Source: a virus. From it: DNA of 64,000 nt. Position 1 is the stretch's first letter. The number at the start of each line of letters is the position of its first letter. Below the pieces are notes generated by a model. That model did no database searches and had not been told where the DNA came from. It worked only from the letters and a program-made list of their open reading frames with translations. The position numbers and the translations under genes are program-made. Positions 9,026 to 17,534 of the stretch are shown here, piece after piece. Where the stretch lies: positions 93,263 to 157,262 of the IMG/VR virus record IMGVR_UViG_3300031595_000166. One strand, 5' to 3'.

Positions 9026-9041
9026 TTTAACCTCAGCATAC

Positions 9042-9069
9042 AATATAACCACACAAAAACCAATGTCAA
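9042..9069 (-). promoter_or_regulatory. Sigma70-type promoter
   Basis: TTGACA-N16-TATATT. Confidence 0.7.
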
Positions 9070-9291
9070 GCCCTTGGCTCAAGTTTTATCCTACACAAGA
9101 TACACTGGTGGAATATCGGGGGCGATGTAGGATACGCCGTTCCGTTTACCCTATCCCAATTTAATTAAATCCTATTGGGGATACAACGTTTAATTAACGG
9201 TTAGTTTTAACTATAAGGATGTGCGTAAGTCCTTATCTAATTTTGGATTATTGATAGATTTCGGAAACTATTTTCAATTAGAATAAATTAA

Positions 9292-9486
9292 TTATATTAA
9301 TTGAATTGATTCAATATAATCTATATCAATTCTTAATTCGCTTGGAGTATTAAGATTAATACCAATAGATCTTTCATCTATATTGGGGCGAATGTCTTCT
9401 ATGGTTCCTCTATGTTGAGAACCGCTAATCATTGTTATGAGAACATTCTTATTAATAAAGCTTTTAGCTACTGTTGCGTGTTTCAT
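9292..9486 (-). CDS. Small protein, possible Sm/LSm-like fold
   Basis: FINKNVLITMISGSQHRGTIEDI..IDIDYIESI resembles the Sm1/Sm2 pattern. Confidence 0.4.
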   Translation of the reverse strand: MKHATVAKSFINKNVLITMISGSQHRGTIEDIRPNIDERSIGINLNTPSELRIDIDYIESIQLI

Positions 9487-9592
9487 AGTATTTTACTTTC
9501 TGGTATAATACATTTATATACCTTCTATCATTCCACAAAATATAAACATCTCAATCTTTTTCACAACACCCACCTAAAACATTTTAATATCT

Positions 9593-9841
9593 CTACGGCT
9601 TCCCAAAATCTAATTCACAACACCATACCTCTTCTCGTGTCCACGGCGAAAATACCCCCTTATCCTCGCACGTCGTATCGAGATTTAGTGCAGTGGGATT
9701 AGTGTCTTGTGTGCAGAGCCACTCATCTCGGCAGTCGCTGTAATTGCCGTTGTGCTGTGTGCAGTATGGAATATCTGCTGTCGCTTGAAAACAAGCTGAT
9801 AAAAAGAGAGAAGATACAATTAGCATTATTGCGTGTTTCAT
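9593..9841 (-). CDS. Cys-rich lipoprotein
   Basis: Signal peptide with lipobox LSAC. Confidence 0.65.
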   Translation of the reverse strand: MKHAIMLIVSSLFLSACFQATADIPYCTQHNGNYSDCRDEWLCTQDTNPTALNLDTTCEDKGVFSPWTREEVWCCELDFGKP

Positions 9842-9850
9842 TTTTGATTC

Positions 9851-10756
9851 CTATCGTTGATAAACTCTAACATAATCAATCATCATTTCCTTTGGCAGAA
9901 TGGTTCTACCATCAGGATTGCCAGGCATGTTTCCACCAACCGCTACATTTAGCAGGATGTAAAACGGATGGTCATTAAATACCCACGTAGATCCGCGTGG
10001 CATATCTTGTGGCGTCTTAGTATGATACAGCATGTTGTCTACATAGAACCTAACAACATTAGGTTCCCACTCTACTGAATAGATATGGTAAGTATCTGAT
10101 AGCAAGCTCCTGCGAAGGAGTGGCAACGAAAATGTTCCAGTCATTGGATGACTGCTATGATAACCTGGCCCATGCATTGAACCGTGATTAGTCTTTGGTT
10201 CTCTGCCAATATTTTCCATGATATCGATCTCGCCACAATTTGGCCAGCCAACCTCTTGAATGTTAGCTCCAAGCATCCAGAATGCGCTCCAGATACCTTG
10301 TGTTTTTGGAATCATAATGCGTGCCTCAACACGACCATAGGTAAACTCAAACTTCTTAGCAGTAGTAAGACGAGCGGAAGTATATTGCATTCCCTGATAG
10401 TCTTCGCGTTGAGCGCGAATAGCAAGATGTCCATCACCTGTTAGGTGGGCATTTTCAATGCGGTCAGTGTAGTATTCGAGCTCGTTATTTCCCCAGCCAT
10501 TGCCACCCGTTGCATGATTCCATTTAGATGGATCAGGAGGAGTATTAGCTTGCCCGTTGAAGTCATCCGACCATACAAGTTTCCAAGACGGATCTGCAAT
10601 TTCAAGTTTTCCAGAAGGTGTGAGTAATCCCATTTGAATCTCGTTAGTTTTAGTTTTAGTGTTAGTGTTAGTGTTAGTGTTAGTGTTATATTGATATTGC
10701 GTTGTTGCAATACAACCAGTTAGTAAGGCGAGTAATAGTGTTGATATTTTTTTCAT
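9851..10756 (-). CDS. GH16 beta-1,3(4)-glucanase (laminarinase-like), lipoprotein
   Basis: WSDDF, GGNGWGNNELEYY, YTSARL, GIWSAFW, catalytic EIDIME, IDYVRVYQ; lipobox LTGC. Confidence 0.93.
   Translation of the reverse strand: MKKISTLLLALLTGCIATTQYQYNTNTNTNTNTKTKTNEIQMGLLTPSGKLEIADPSWKLVWSDDFNGQANTPPDPSKWNHATGGNGWGNNELEYYTDRIENAHLTGDGHLAIRAQREDYQGMQYTSARLTTAKKFEFTYGRVEARIMIPKTQGIWSAFWMLGANIQEVGWPNCGEIDIMENIGREPKTNHGSMHGPGYHSSHPMTGTFSLPLLRRSLLSDTYHIYSVEWEPNVVRFYVDNMLYHTKTPQDMPRGSTWVFNDHPFYILLNVAVGGNMPGNPDGRTILPKEMMIDYVRVYQR
10645..10688. repeat. (TTAGTG)n hexamer repeat encoding the TN linker of the GH16
   Basis: Seen directly in the sequence. Confidence 0.85.
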
Positions 10757-12504
10757 CTTAGAATATAATCCGATTTATGATCTTTAGTCCAGCCAGTGAA
10801 GCCATTGGTTAAATTATACTCCGGCTTAGCATACCAAGATATCCAAAACCACCCCAACGGAATATCACCCTTAGTAATAGAGCGCCAGCAACAAGATACG
10901 AATCGCCTGATACGATACAAAATAGCGATTCGCTGAGCGCGTGATGCAATCAACGTACGGGTTGGATAAAATTTAACATTGCACCCATTTAGAAAAATGT
11001 CTTCACACACTCCAACGAATGTTGTCATACTATAAAACACAAACATAAATACATGTGTAATAGGAATAAAAATCGCTGTAAGAAAAAGATGTGTAAATTG
11101 TTCTTTTTTCTCTTCAAAAAACCATACCATGAAAAGATACAAAAATTGCATAGTATATGTAATCATATAGATGAACATCAATCCGTCGAGAACAGACTTG
11201 TCATGCCATGCCAAGAATGGCAGCAACATATAGAACACAACGGCGTGAAACGACCAGTAAACACATCGTAAATAATCACCATAAAAGGGAATGGCAATAC
11301 TCCAATAAAACAAAAACCCCTTGAAGAAACGACCGCTTGTTTCAACGCGGCACGCCATCCAACGTTTTCGTTGCGAGAACAAAGATTTTAGTGTTGGCGG
11401 TGTAAACGTATATACTTTAGCTGATTGCTCAAAACCTTGAATACGTTCAATAAACGAATCAAAAATAAATCTAACAAAAGAATGCAACGGAGTAGGAGGA
11501 GGATCCCAAGACAGTTTACCATTTTTACCCCAATGAGACATTGCAACAAAAACAGCCAAAGAACTGTCATCTGTATTTCCGCAAAGGGCCTGCGGAATTT
11601 CTTCACCATCATATTCTGAAAACTTCGGCAAACTTTTTCCGAACCACCACTTAATATAGTCGCTATACTTGATAGTTTCAAGCCACCCCATAAACTTAGG
11701 AGCAGTGATAATCATATCTGACCACGATACGTAAAGTTGTCCTAGTAGGATTGGCATAGGAAGTATGTTGATATTTTCTTGCATTGCGCTAAAACTAAAG
11801 AAGTTTCGTGCAACGAAAAGATAATTTTGACCAGCAATAGTAAAAAATGAACGCCAGCCCTTCCACATATCGCCTTTATTTATACAAACTTGACCACAAA
11901 CGACTTTTCTATAATTACCAGTTAGCCAATGTTTGGTCATTAATTTTTCAACTAACTTTTGAAGAGAACCATTAGAAACAGTTTCATCAGCGTCAACACT
12001 AAAATAGACCACAGGCATAGACGACAGTTTACCGCTTTTGATGAGATTTTTCATATAATTAATGGCAGCATACACCGCTACTAATTTTCCCTGTCTTACC
12101 TCATTGTAAGAAGTATGCAAGTGAATATTTTTAGAATAGTTGCAAGAATTAACCCAATTCACGAGTTTTTGATATACGGTGGGATTTTCCGAACGACCAT
12201 CAGCAGATGCAATAATATGCAGTTCACCCGGATAATTATTAGTAGCACAGCTATCAACTGCCCTAATAATTTCCTTTAGATCGTATTCGTCTCGAAGAAG
12301 AGATGGAACAATAACCATACCCGATGGAAAATTATTCCGATCTACATCGGATGTAAATGGAAATACTTTATTAAAGAGTTTTTTAAAAGGATACACTACG
12401 TATATAAATTGTGTGTAAAATAATCCAATTAAAAACGCACTAATAATAATCCACCCAAGATTAAATCCATTACCACTGAGTAGTCTTACCGCTGCATTAA
12501 TCAT
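10753..12504 (-). CDS. Processive membrane GT2 polysaccharide synthase (cellulose/hyaluronan/chitin synthase superfamily)
   Basis: D (DGR), DAD, TDD and QRKRW motifs; one N-terminal and several C-terminal TM helices. Confidence 0.85.
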   Translation of the reverse strand: MINAAVRLLSGNGFNLGWIIISAFLIGLFYTQFIYVVYPFKKLFNKVFPFTSDVDRNNFPSGMVIVPSLLRDEYDLKEIIRAVDSCATNNYPGELHIIASADGRSENPTVYQKLVNWVNSCNYSKNIHLHTSYNEVRQGKLVAVYAAINYMKNLIKSGKLSSMPVVYFSVDADETVSNGSLQKLVEKLMTKHWLTGNYRKVVCGQVCINKGDMWKGWRSFFTIAGQNYLFVARNFFSFSAMQENINILPMPILLGQLYVSWSDMIITAPKFMGWLETIKYSDYIKWWFGKSLPKFSEYDGEEIPQALCGNTDDSSLAVFVAMSHWGKNGKLSWDPPPTPLHSFVRFIFDSFIERIQGFEQSAKVYTFTPPTLKSLFSQRKRWMACRVETSGRFFKGFLFYWSIAIPFYGDYLRCVYWSFHAVVFYMLLPFLAWHDKSVLDGLMFIYMITYTMQFLYLFMVWFFEEKKEQFTHLFLTAIFIPITHVFMFVFYSMTTFVGVCEDIFLNGCNVKFYPTRTLIASRAQRIAILYRIRRFVSCCWRSITKGDIPLGWFWISWYAKPEYNLTNGFTGWTKDHKSDYILR

Positions 12505-12533
12505 TTTTCAATCCCTCACGGTTAATAATTAAC

Positions 12534-13619
12534 TTATGGACGAAGACGTAAAATCTTTGATCGCATAGCTTCTGACTTCACATCCAATGTGATATATCTA
12601 CCACGTGATTGACTACTAGACATTGGATCAATCAACACAGTCTCGCCAACAATAATGTCTTTAACCGTGCCTACGTTTTTACAAGCGAACAAGCCCCAGA
12701 TACAATCATATACTGGTGTTCCCGTAGAAGCATTATCTGCTTGCTCGTAAGGAAGAAATGCAACATTCACGTTGCTATTAATAGCTGAAAATACCGGGCG
12801 CGACATTACTTGCTTTTCCAACACCGCAATATCAGCCAATTCAGATTGAACACGTTCCTTTTCAGCCAGTCCAGTCTTCATCAAACCATCAATTTGCAAT
12901 CGTTGAATCTCGATTCTACCCATAAGATCGGCAGCCGTTAGAATAGCTGGCATTGGCATACTATTATTGCCATTCTTATTACCAGTCAACGACTGCAATC
13001 CCAACGTAGCCTGACTAAGCAAAACATCAGTCTGAATCTTGACATGATCGTTGGAGAACAATGCGATCTGAATGTTATCCAACGCTTGTTGTTGCAATTG
13101 ATACTCTGGCAACTTTAGAATACCAGCCTCATAATTCCTCTTGGCTTCCGCAGTCAATGCAGTCTGACGCCCTAGCATCACTTGCAATGCTTTCTTTTGC
13201 TCAGCAAGGGTAGCAATATCGGTTCCACCAATCGCAACCTGTTGATTAGTAGTAGTATCAGTGAATGCCAACGCATGTTCGCCAAGCTCCTTTAGCTTAT
13301 CCAGTTTAATTAGTGCTAGCTCGCCATCTTCCAACTGAGCCTCAATACTCTTTTGCTCGGACAACGCACGACCCTTTTCAAGTTTCACCTCTGCCATTTT
13401 CAATGCAGACTGAACAACCATATCATTGTCTGGCCCAAGTATGAATGGTGCACAAAACCCATCCGTGGCAATATAATAACCTTCACGCGAAGCATATCCG
13501 CATGATCCAACAAGACTGGCGAGGGCTACAAAAGAAAATACCCTAGTTTTCCAGTGCTTGATCTTTGGCTGAACGTTAGTTGCTTCCATTGTCGTTTCAT
13601 TTCCCATTGTAGTATCCAT
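12534..13619 (-). CDS. HlyD-like membrane fusion (periplasmic adaptor) protein
   Basis: N-terminal TM, long coiled coil containing AKRNYEAGILKLPEY, beta-rich C-terminus. Confidence 0.6.
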   Translation of the reverse strand: MDTTMGNETTMEATNVQPKIKHWKTRVFSFVALASLVGSCGYASREGYYIATDGFCAPFILGPDNDMVVQSALKMAEVKLEKGRALSEQKSIEAQLEDGELALIKLDKLKELGEHALAFTDTTTNQQVAIGGTDIATLAEQKKALQVMLGRQTALTAEAKRNYEAGILKLPEYQLQQQALDNIQIALFSNDHVKIQTDVLLSQATLGLQSLTGNKNGNNSMPMPAILTAADLMGRIEIQRLQIDGLMKTGLAEKERVQSELADIAVLEKQVMSRPVFSAINSNVNVAFLPYEQADNASTGTPVYDCIWGLFACKNVGTVKDIIVGETVLIDPMSSSQSRGRYITLDVKSEAMRSKILRLRP

Positions 13620-13621
13620 GA

Positions 13622-14734
13622 TTATTTTCCTTCTCCATAAAACTTGTTGAGTTCAGTTAGCATACCGACAATCAATTCCTTATTGCTTTCCGCATCCATG
13701 ATCTGAAGTTGAATCAATGCATCTGAATTCAATGCAGTCGGAGCATCCAAGTGAGCCTGCAAACTATTATGTGTTGTAGTCAACTGAGCAATCTGTGTTT
13801 CAGTCAATGTCAACTGACGTTTGAGATCATTCATATTAGCAACAATGCTATCACGGAACCTTGTCAACTGACCAGTCAATTCATAACGAGCATTCCTAAG
13901 CTCTCGACTACGAACATCAAGGTATTGGTTCTCATTATGAATCAATGGAATACCACCGAAGTTATACGAGACGCTAACATAACCAGCCCAAGTCCAAGTA
14001 TCACTTGTTCCAGCCATTGGGGGAATGCCACCAATCTCAATATTAGTTTTCCATGCATCGAACCTATGAAGGTTGCTTGCGCGACGTTCAAACTCCATAC
14101 TGCTATTCTGAACGTGAGACATCAATTCTTCAAACGAGTTTTGCTTGGCAACATATTGCTTCGCATGCAATACATCCAACTGACCTTGTGCCTGCAATCG
14201 CTTCAGCTCCAATGAAGTAGCCAATTGTTGTAGCATAGTAATATCAGTAATGGTAGCAACACCAGCGGTCAATCGCTTATTAGCTTGCGACAAAAGATCA
14301 TTAGCATGATCCTTATGCTCATTGAGATATGTCAATGTATTATTGTAGGCAGTTTCCTTGCCAACATCGTTAAGATATTCAAGCGCTTGTTGCGCCTGAA
14401 CCATTGCAACTTGCTGATTGCAATTAGCATCAGCTAGCTTACGAACAAGAGTAGATCTGAATGCATCCAATGGAGACCAAGAAAGAGAAGCTCTTGCCTG
14501 ATATCCATTTTTTGAGATAGACCCGCCAATCGATGCAATACCAGAACTGCTGGGATAGTGAATACCCTCAACAACAATAGCAGGAAACAATAGCAACGAT
14601 GCATCACCAGCCCCACGAGCCCTAATAGCTTCACAATCTTTTGATTGCGTTGCAGTTTGAGCCATGACAGAACTTGCCATCAACACACTTGCCAATCCGA
14701 TTCCTAACGAACTAAATACCTTCTTCATTTGCAC
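13622..14734 (-). CDS. TolC-like outer membrane efflux protein
   Basis: Signal peptide; two beta-hairpin plus long-helix halves (ARASLSWSPLD; AGYVSVSYNFG); RLTAGVATITD. Confidence 0.6.
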   Translation of the reverse strand: MQMKKVFSSLGIGLASVLMASSVMAQTATQSKDCEAIRARGAGDASLLLFPAIVVEGIHYPSSSGIASIGGSISKNGYQARASLSWSPLDAFRSTLVRKLADANCNQQVAMVQAQQALEYLNDVGKETAYNNTLTYLNEHKDHANDLLSQANKRLTAGVATITDITMLQQLATSLELKRLQAQGQLDVLHAKQYVAKQNSFEELMSHVQNSSMEFERRASNLHRFDAWKTNIEIGGIPPMAGTSDTWTWAGYVSVSYNFGGIPLIHNENQYLDVRSRELRNARYELTGQLTRFRDSIVANMNDLKRQLTLTETQIAQLTTTHNSLQAHLDAPTALNSDALIQLQIMDAESNKELIVGMLTELNKFYGEGK

Positions 14735-15075
14735 AAACCTTCCGCAATGTTAGTATTACCTTCAACCACAATACACCCAAGATTACAAGGGAAACCAAGG
14801 TCAGTATGCTCATCACACCAACCATTACTTGCACGAACTTCACCATCAGGGATATCAAAATACGATATACCGATTCCACTATCCCCACCGCCACCACAAT
14901 TCACTACATAGGTGCCAGCATCAGTCTCGCAAGTGATAGTCGTGCCAGTGAAGCCAGCATCGACACTCGCCTCACCGTGCCCGCCATCCGTCGCATTGAC
15001 CCCTGCAACGGTCGTCAAGCAACCAGCAGACTGCACACCAATGGCAGTCGCAAACATCATAATCAATCGATTCAT
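14725..15075 (-). CDS. Cys-rich lipoprotein with DAG/DGG motifs
   Basis: Lipobox SAGC; VDAG and TDAG. Confidence 0.6.
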   Translation of the reverse strand: MNRLIMMFATAIGVQSAGCLTTVAGVNATDGGHGEASVDAGFTGTTITCETDAGTYVVNCGGGGDSGIGISYFDIPDGEVRASNGWCDEHTDLGFPCNLGCIVVEGNTNIAEGLCK

Positions 15076-15081
15076 TGTGAA

Positions 15082-15306
15082 TTATTCTCCGTTTTCAACC
15101 GAATACACTTCAACATTAGCCATCTCACCACGGCTAACAACAAGGTCAAACTCAACACGAGTTCCACGACCAAGATTCAATTCCCTAACCCTATCAGTCG
15201 CTCGCATAACAATGCGTTCGGCATAAGAGCCTTTTGATGGAACCGGACTCACAACAAAATGTGAGCCAACCATGTCTGCAACAATGTGATGATCGTAGGT
15301 ATTCAT
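15082..15306 (-). CDS. Small protein, possible cold-shock-like OB fold
   Basis: GTRVEFDL..ANV resembles the C-terminal half of a CSD; GAGGA RBS. Confidence 0.4.
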   Translation of the reverse strand: MNTYDHHIVADMVGSHFVVSPVPSKGSYAERIVMRATDRVRELNLGRGTRVEFDLVVSRGEMANVEVYSVENGE

Positions 15307-15339
15307 TTGATTTTCCTCACCCGTTTTTCAGGTACCGAC

Positions 15340-15368
15340 ATTATAAGCACCCTGACTTCCCGCGTCAA
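15340..15368 (-). promoter_or_regulatory. Sigma70-type promoter
   Basis: TTGACG-N17-TATAAT, upstream of the run leading into the polysaccharide cluster. Confidence 0.8.
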
Positions 15369-15393
15369 GGGGGCACGCTGCTTTTTCAGGTAG

Positions 15394-15465
15394 CTCTGGA
15401 TGTAGGACTTGAACCTACGACCCGACGGTTAACAGCCGTCTGCTCTACCACTGAGCTAATCCAGA
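15394..15465 (-). tRNA. tRNA-Asn(GTT)
   Basis: Cloverleaf: TCTGGAT/ATCCAGA acceptor, GACGG-CTGTTAA-CCGTC anticodon arm, TTCAAGT T-loop; no encoded CCA. Confidence 0.95.
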
Positions 15466-15480
15466 ATAATTTTCAGTGTG

Positions 15481-15552
15481 AGTAGGAGGTGAGGATTGAA
15501 CTCACGCATGAGACTTTTGCAGAGTCTTGCCTTTCCACTTGGCTACACCTAC
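15481..15552 (-). tRNA. tRNA-Cys(GCA)
   Basis: AGACT-CTGCAAA-AGTCT anticodon arm, GTGAG-TTCAATC-CTCAC T arm, U discriminator; one acceptor-stem mismatch. Confidence 0.9.
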
Positions 15553-15794
15553 AATCTAACTAAATCTCTAAGGACTCTAAACCTTTTTCAAGCCTAAAAT
15601 CTCTAAGCTTTTTAGCCAACAATTTGATTGCCTTTTGTTCTTTCTCAGAAAGATTGAATGCAACATAATGCACACAATGCCTATTGTATTCAATAATCTC
15701 TCTTGAAAGATCTTCAATCAATTTGCTGGCGTTTTCAATACGCCGTGCTTTCATTTGATAGTCTATCATTGTTTCCTTCCCTCGAAGCCCCGAA

Positions 15795-15823
15795 AATATA
15801 AGCACTCCAACGCCACGTGTCAA
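15795..15823 (-). promoter_or_regulatory. Sigma70-type promoter
   Basis: TTGACA-N17-TATATT. Confidence 0.8.
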
Positions 15824-15854
15824 GAGGCTCAGCCGTTGCCTACACCAACCTACA

Positions 15855-16067
15855 TTACTTCAATAGCATCAACATATCTATATACTCTTCATCCAATCGT
15901 TTTGGACTATTCAATGTAATCCTACTATTCTTATCCGAGTAATTTGCTTGTATATAGATACGAACCTCAGTATCCCAATATACGAACACAAGATACTTAC
16001 CAACAGTATGACTGCATGAAGCATAATCATATAGACAGTAATCACAAACTGGACAAGTATAGCTCAT
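15855..16067 (-). CDS. Family A protein, subfamily with SPKRL.EEYID tail
   Basis: CPVC..CSHTVGKY..LDEEYIDMLMLLK. Confidence 0.8.
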   Translation of the reverse strand: MSYTCPVCDYCLYDYASCSHTVGKYLVFVYWDTEVRIYIQANYSDKNSRITLNSPKRLDEEYIDMLMLLK

Positions 16068-16294
16068 TTCAATAACAATAACCCTTCAATACGCTCCTCA
16101 TTCAGCAACGTTAATTTTTTAATACTCAGTAGTAATGGTGAGAGACGTTCTCTTGGATATATGTCAATCAATTCATTGGGAGAATCTACACCATAATAAC
16201 CCACGCCATAATACACATCGTATTTACCATATCTATGAAAACAACACGATGACGATGACAGATACATATGACAATCTGGGCAAGTATAATTCAT
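16064..16294 (-). CDS. Family A small Zn-binding protein
   Basis: CPDC..CFHRYGKY..EERIEGLLLLK. Confidence 0.8.
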   Translation of the reverse strand: MNYTCPDCHMYLSSSSCCFHRYGKYDVYYGVGYYGVDSPNELIDIYPRERLSPLLLSIKKLTLLNEERIEGLLLLK

Positions 16295-16656
16295 TTCAAT
16301 AACAATACCATATCAATATACTCTTCACTCAATCTCTTTGGAGACTTCAATGTTAGTAAAAAACCATTCGTGTCTCCGGCTTTATTAGCTCTATACACAT
16401 TAACATAACCACCAATAAGAACAAACACAACATACTTATTGAGGGTGTGTCTACATCTAACATTTGTCATATCTCTTGAATCAAAAAACTAACTAATCTT
16501 GAATAGGATCTTGCTCCAATTATTGATATAACATTTGACTGACATATCACTGTATATAAGAACACCATATTTACCTATGCTATGATGACAATATAATACG
16601 CTTGGATCAGTATAAGATTCCTTATACATAATGAGATTACAGTTAGGACATTTCAT
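16291..16656 (-). pseudogene. Two family A fragments joined by a probable deletion (16489..16656 lacks the tail; 16291..16470 lacks CxxC)
   Basis: MKCPNC..CHHSIGKY..LFKIS*, then in the same frame FFDSRDMTNVRCRHTLNKY..SEEYIDMVLLLK*. Confidence 0.65.
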
Positions 16657-16895
16657 TTCAATAACAGCATCATATCAATATACTCTTCATCCAAGCGCTT
16701 TGGAGATTTCAATCTCAAAATACGACTGGACCTTATTGTTATTGGGTATAAATATACTCCAACTGCACCGTCGGAAAATGTTATGATATAGTATTTACCA
16801 ATATCATGTTCACACAGAACATCACACAGAACATCAAACTGGTCTTCATCAAAAAAACTTGTATTCTTATCACAGACCGGACAGGTATAACTCAT
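16653..16895 (-). CDS. Family A small Zn-binding protein
   Basis: CPVC..CEHDIGKY..LDEEYIDMMLLLK. Confidence 0.8.
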   Translation of the reverse strand: MSYTCPVCDKNTSFFDEDQFDVLCDVLCEHDIGKYYIITFSDGAVGVYLYPITIRSSRILRLKSPKRLDEEYIDMMLLLK

Positions 16896-17107
16896 TTTAG
16901 CAACAGCATCTTATCGATATAATCTTCACTCAATGTCTTTGGACTATTGAGTGTTAGTATTCGCATTGGGGATGGATCGGTAGTTTTATTATTCCAAACA
17001 TTCACACTTCCGGTATCATAAATATGGACTGAGTATCTACCAATCAGATGATGATGGTATCTTGGCAAGGGCGAGCTATTATTACAGACGGGGCAGATAT
17101 AACTCAT
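16892..17107 (-). CDS. Family A small Zn-binding protein
   Basis: CPVC..HHHLIGRY..EDYIDKMLLLK. Confidence 0.8.
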   Translation of the reverse strand: MSYICPVCNNSSPLPRYHHHLIGRYSVHIYDTGSVNVWNNKTTDPSPMRILTLNSPKTLSEDYIDKMLLLK

Positions 17108-17298
17108 TTTAGCAACAGCATCATATCAATATACTTTTCACTCAATCTTTTTGGAAAAGACAGGTTCAACAAGCATCTTTCTCCATCGTAGATGTAAGCC
17201 TCGCCATCAAAATGAATATAAGCAGTATATAAACCAACGGTATGTTCATGCAGTAGCATCGTTATAATATAATTACAGACGGGACAAGTATAATTCAT
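17104..17298 (-). CDS. Family A small Zn-binding protein
   Basis: CPVC..HEHTVGLY..EKYIDMMLLLK. Confidence 0.8.
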   Translation of the reverse strand: MNYTCPVCNYIITMLLHEHTVGLYTAYIHFDGEAYIYDGERCLLNLSFPKRLSEKYIDMMLLLK

Positions 17299-17501
17299 TT
17301 TAGTAGCAATATCATATCAATATATGTTTCATCTAAACGTTTTGGACGTTCTAGTCTAACAACAAACTTCCCAGTATACCAGATAGAAATCAGACCGTCG
17401 TTATACACATAAGCAGTATATTTACCCAGCCTATGCGTACATGTCTTTTCAATGTATTTTGATTGAAAATCTTCATTGCAGACGGGACAGATATAATTCA
17501 T
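17295..17501 (-). CDS. Family A small Zn-binding protein
   Basis: CPVC..CTHRLGKY..ETYIDMILLLK. Confidence 0.8.
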   Translation of the reverse strand: MNYICPVCNEDFQSKYIEKTCTHRLGKYTAYVYNDGLISIWYTGKFVVRLERPKRLDETYIDMILLLK

Positions 17502-17534
17502 TTCAATACCAATAATAATCCAGCATAATCATAT

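Noticed and set aside
16489-16491. TAG recoding (alternative genetic code)
   Set aside because: Long genes are intact under the standard code and several end at TAG right after conserved C-termini (for example 9851 and 21595).
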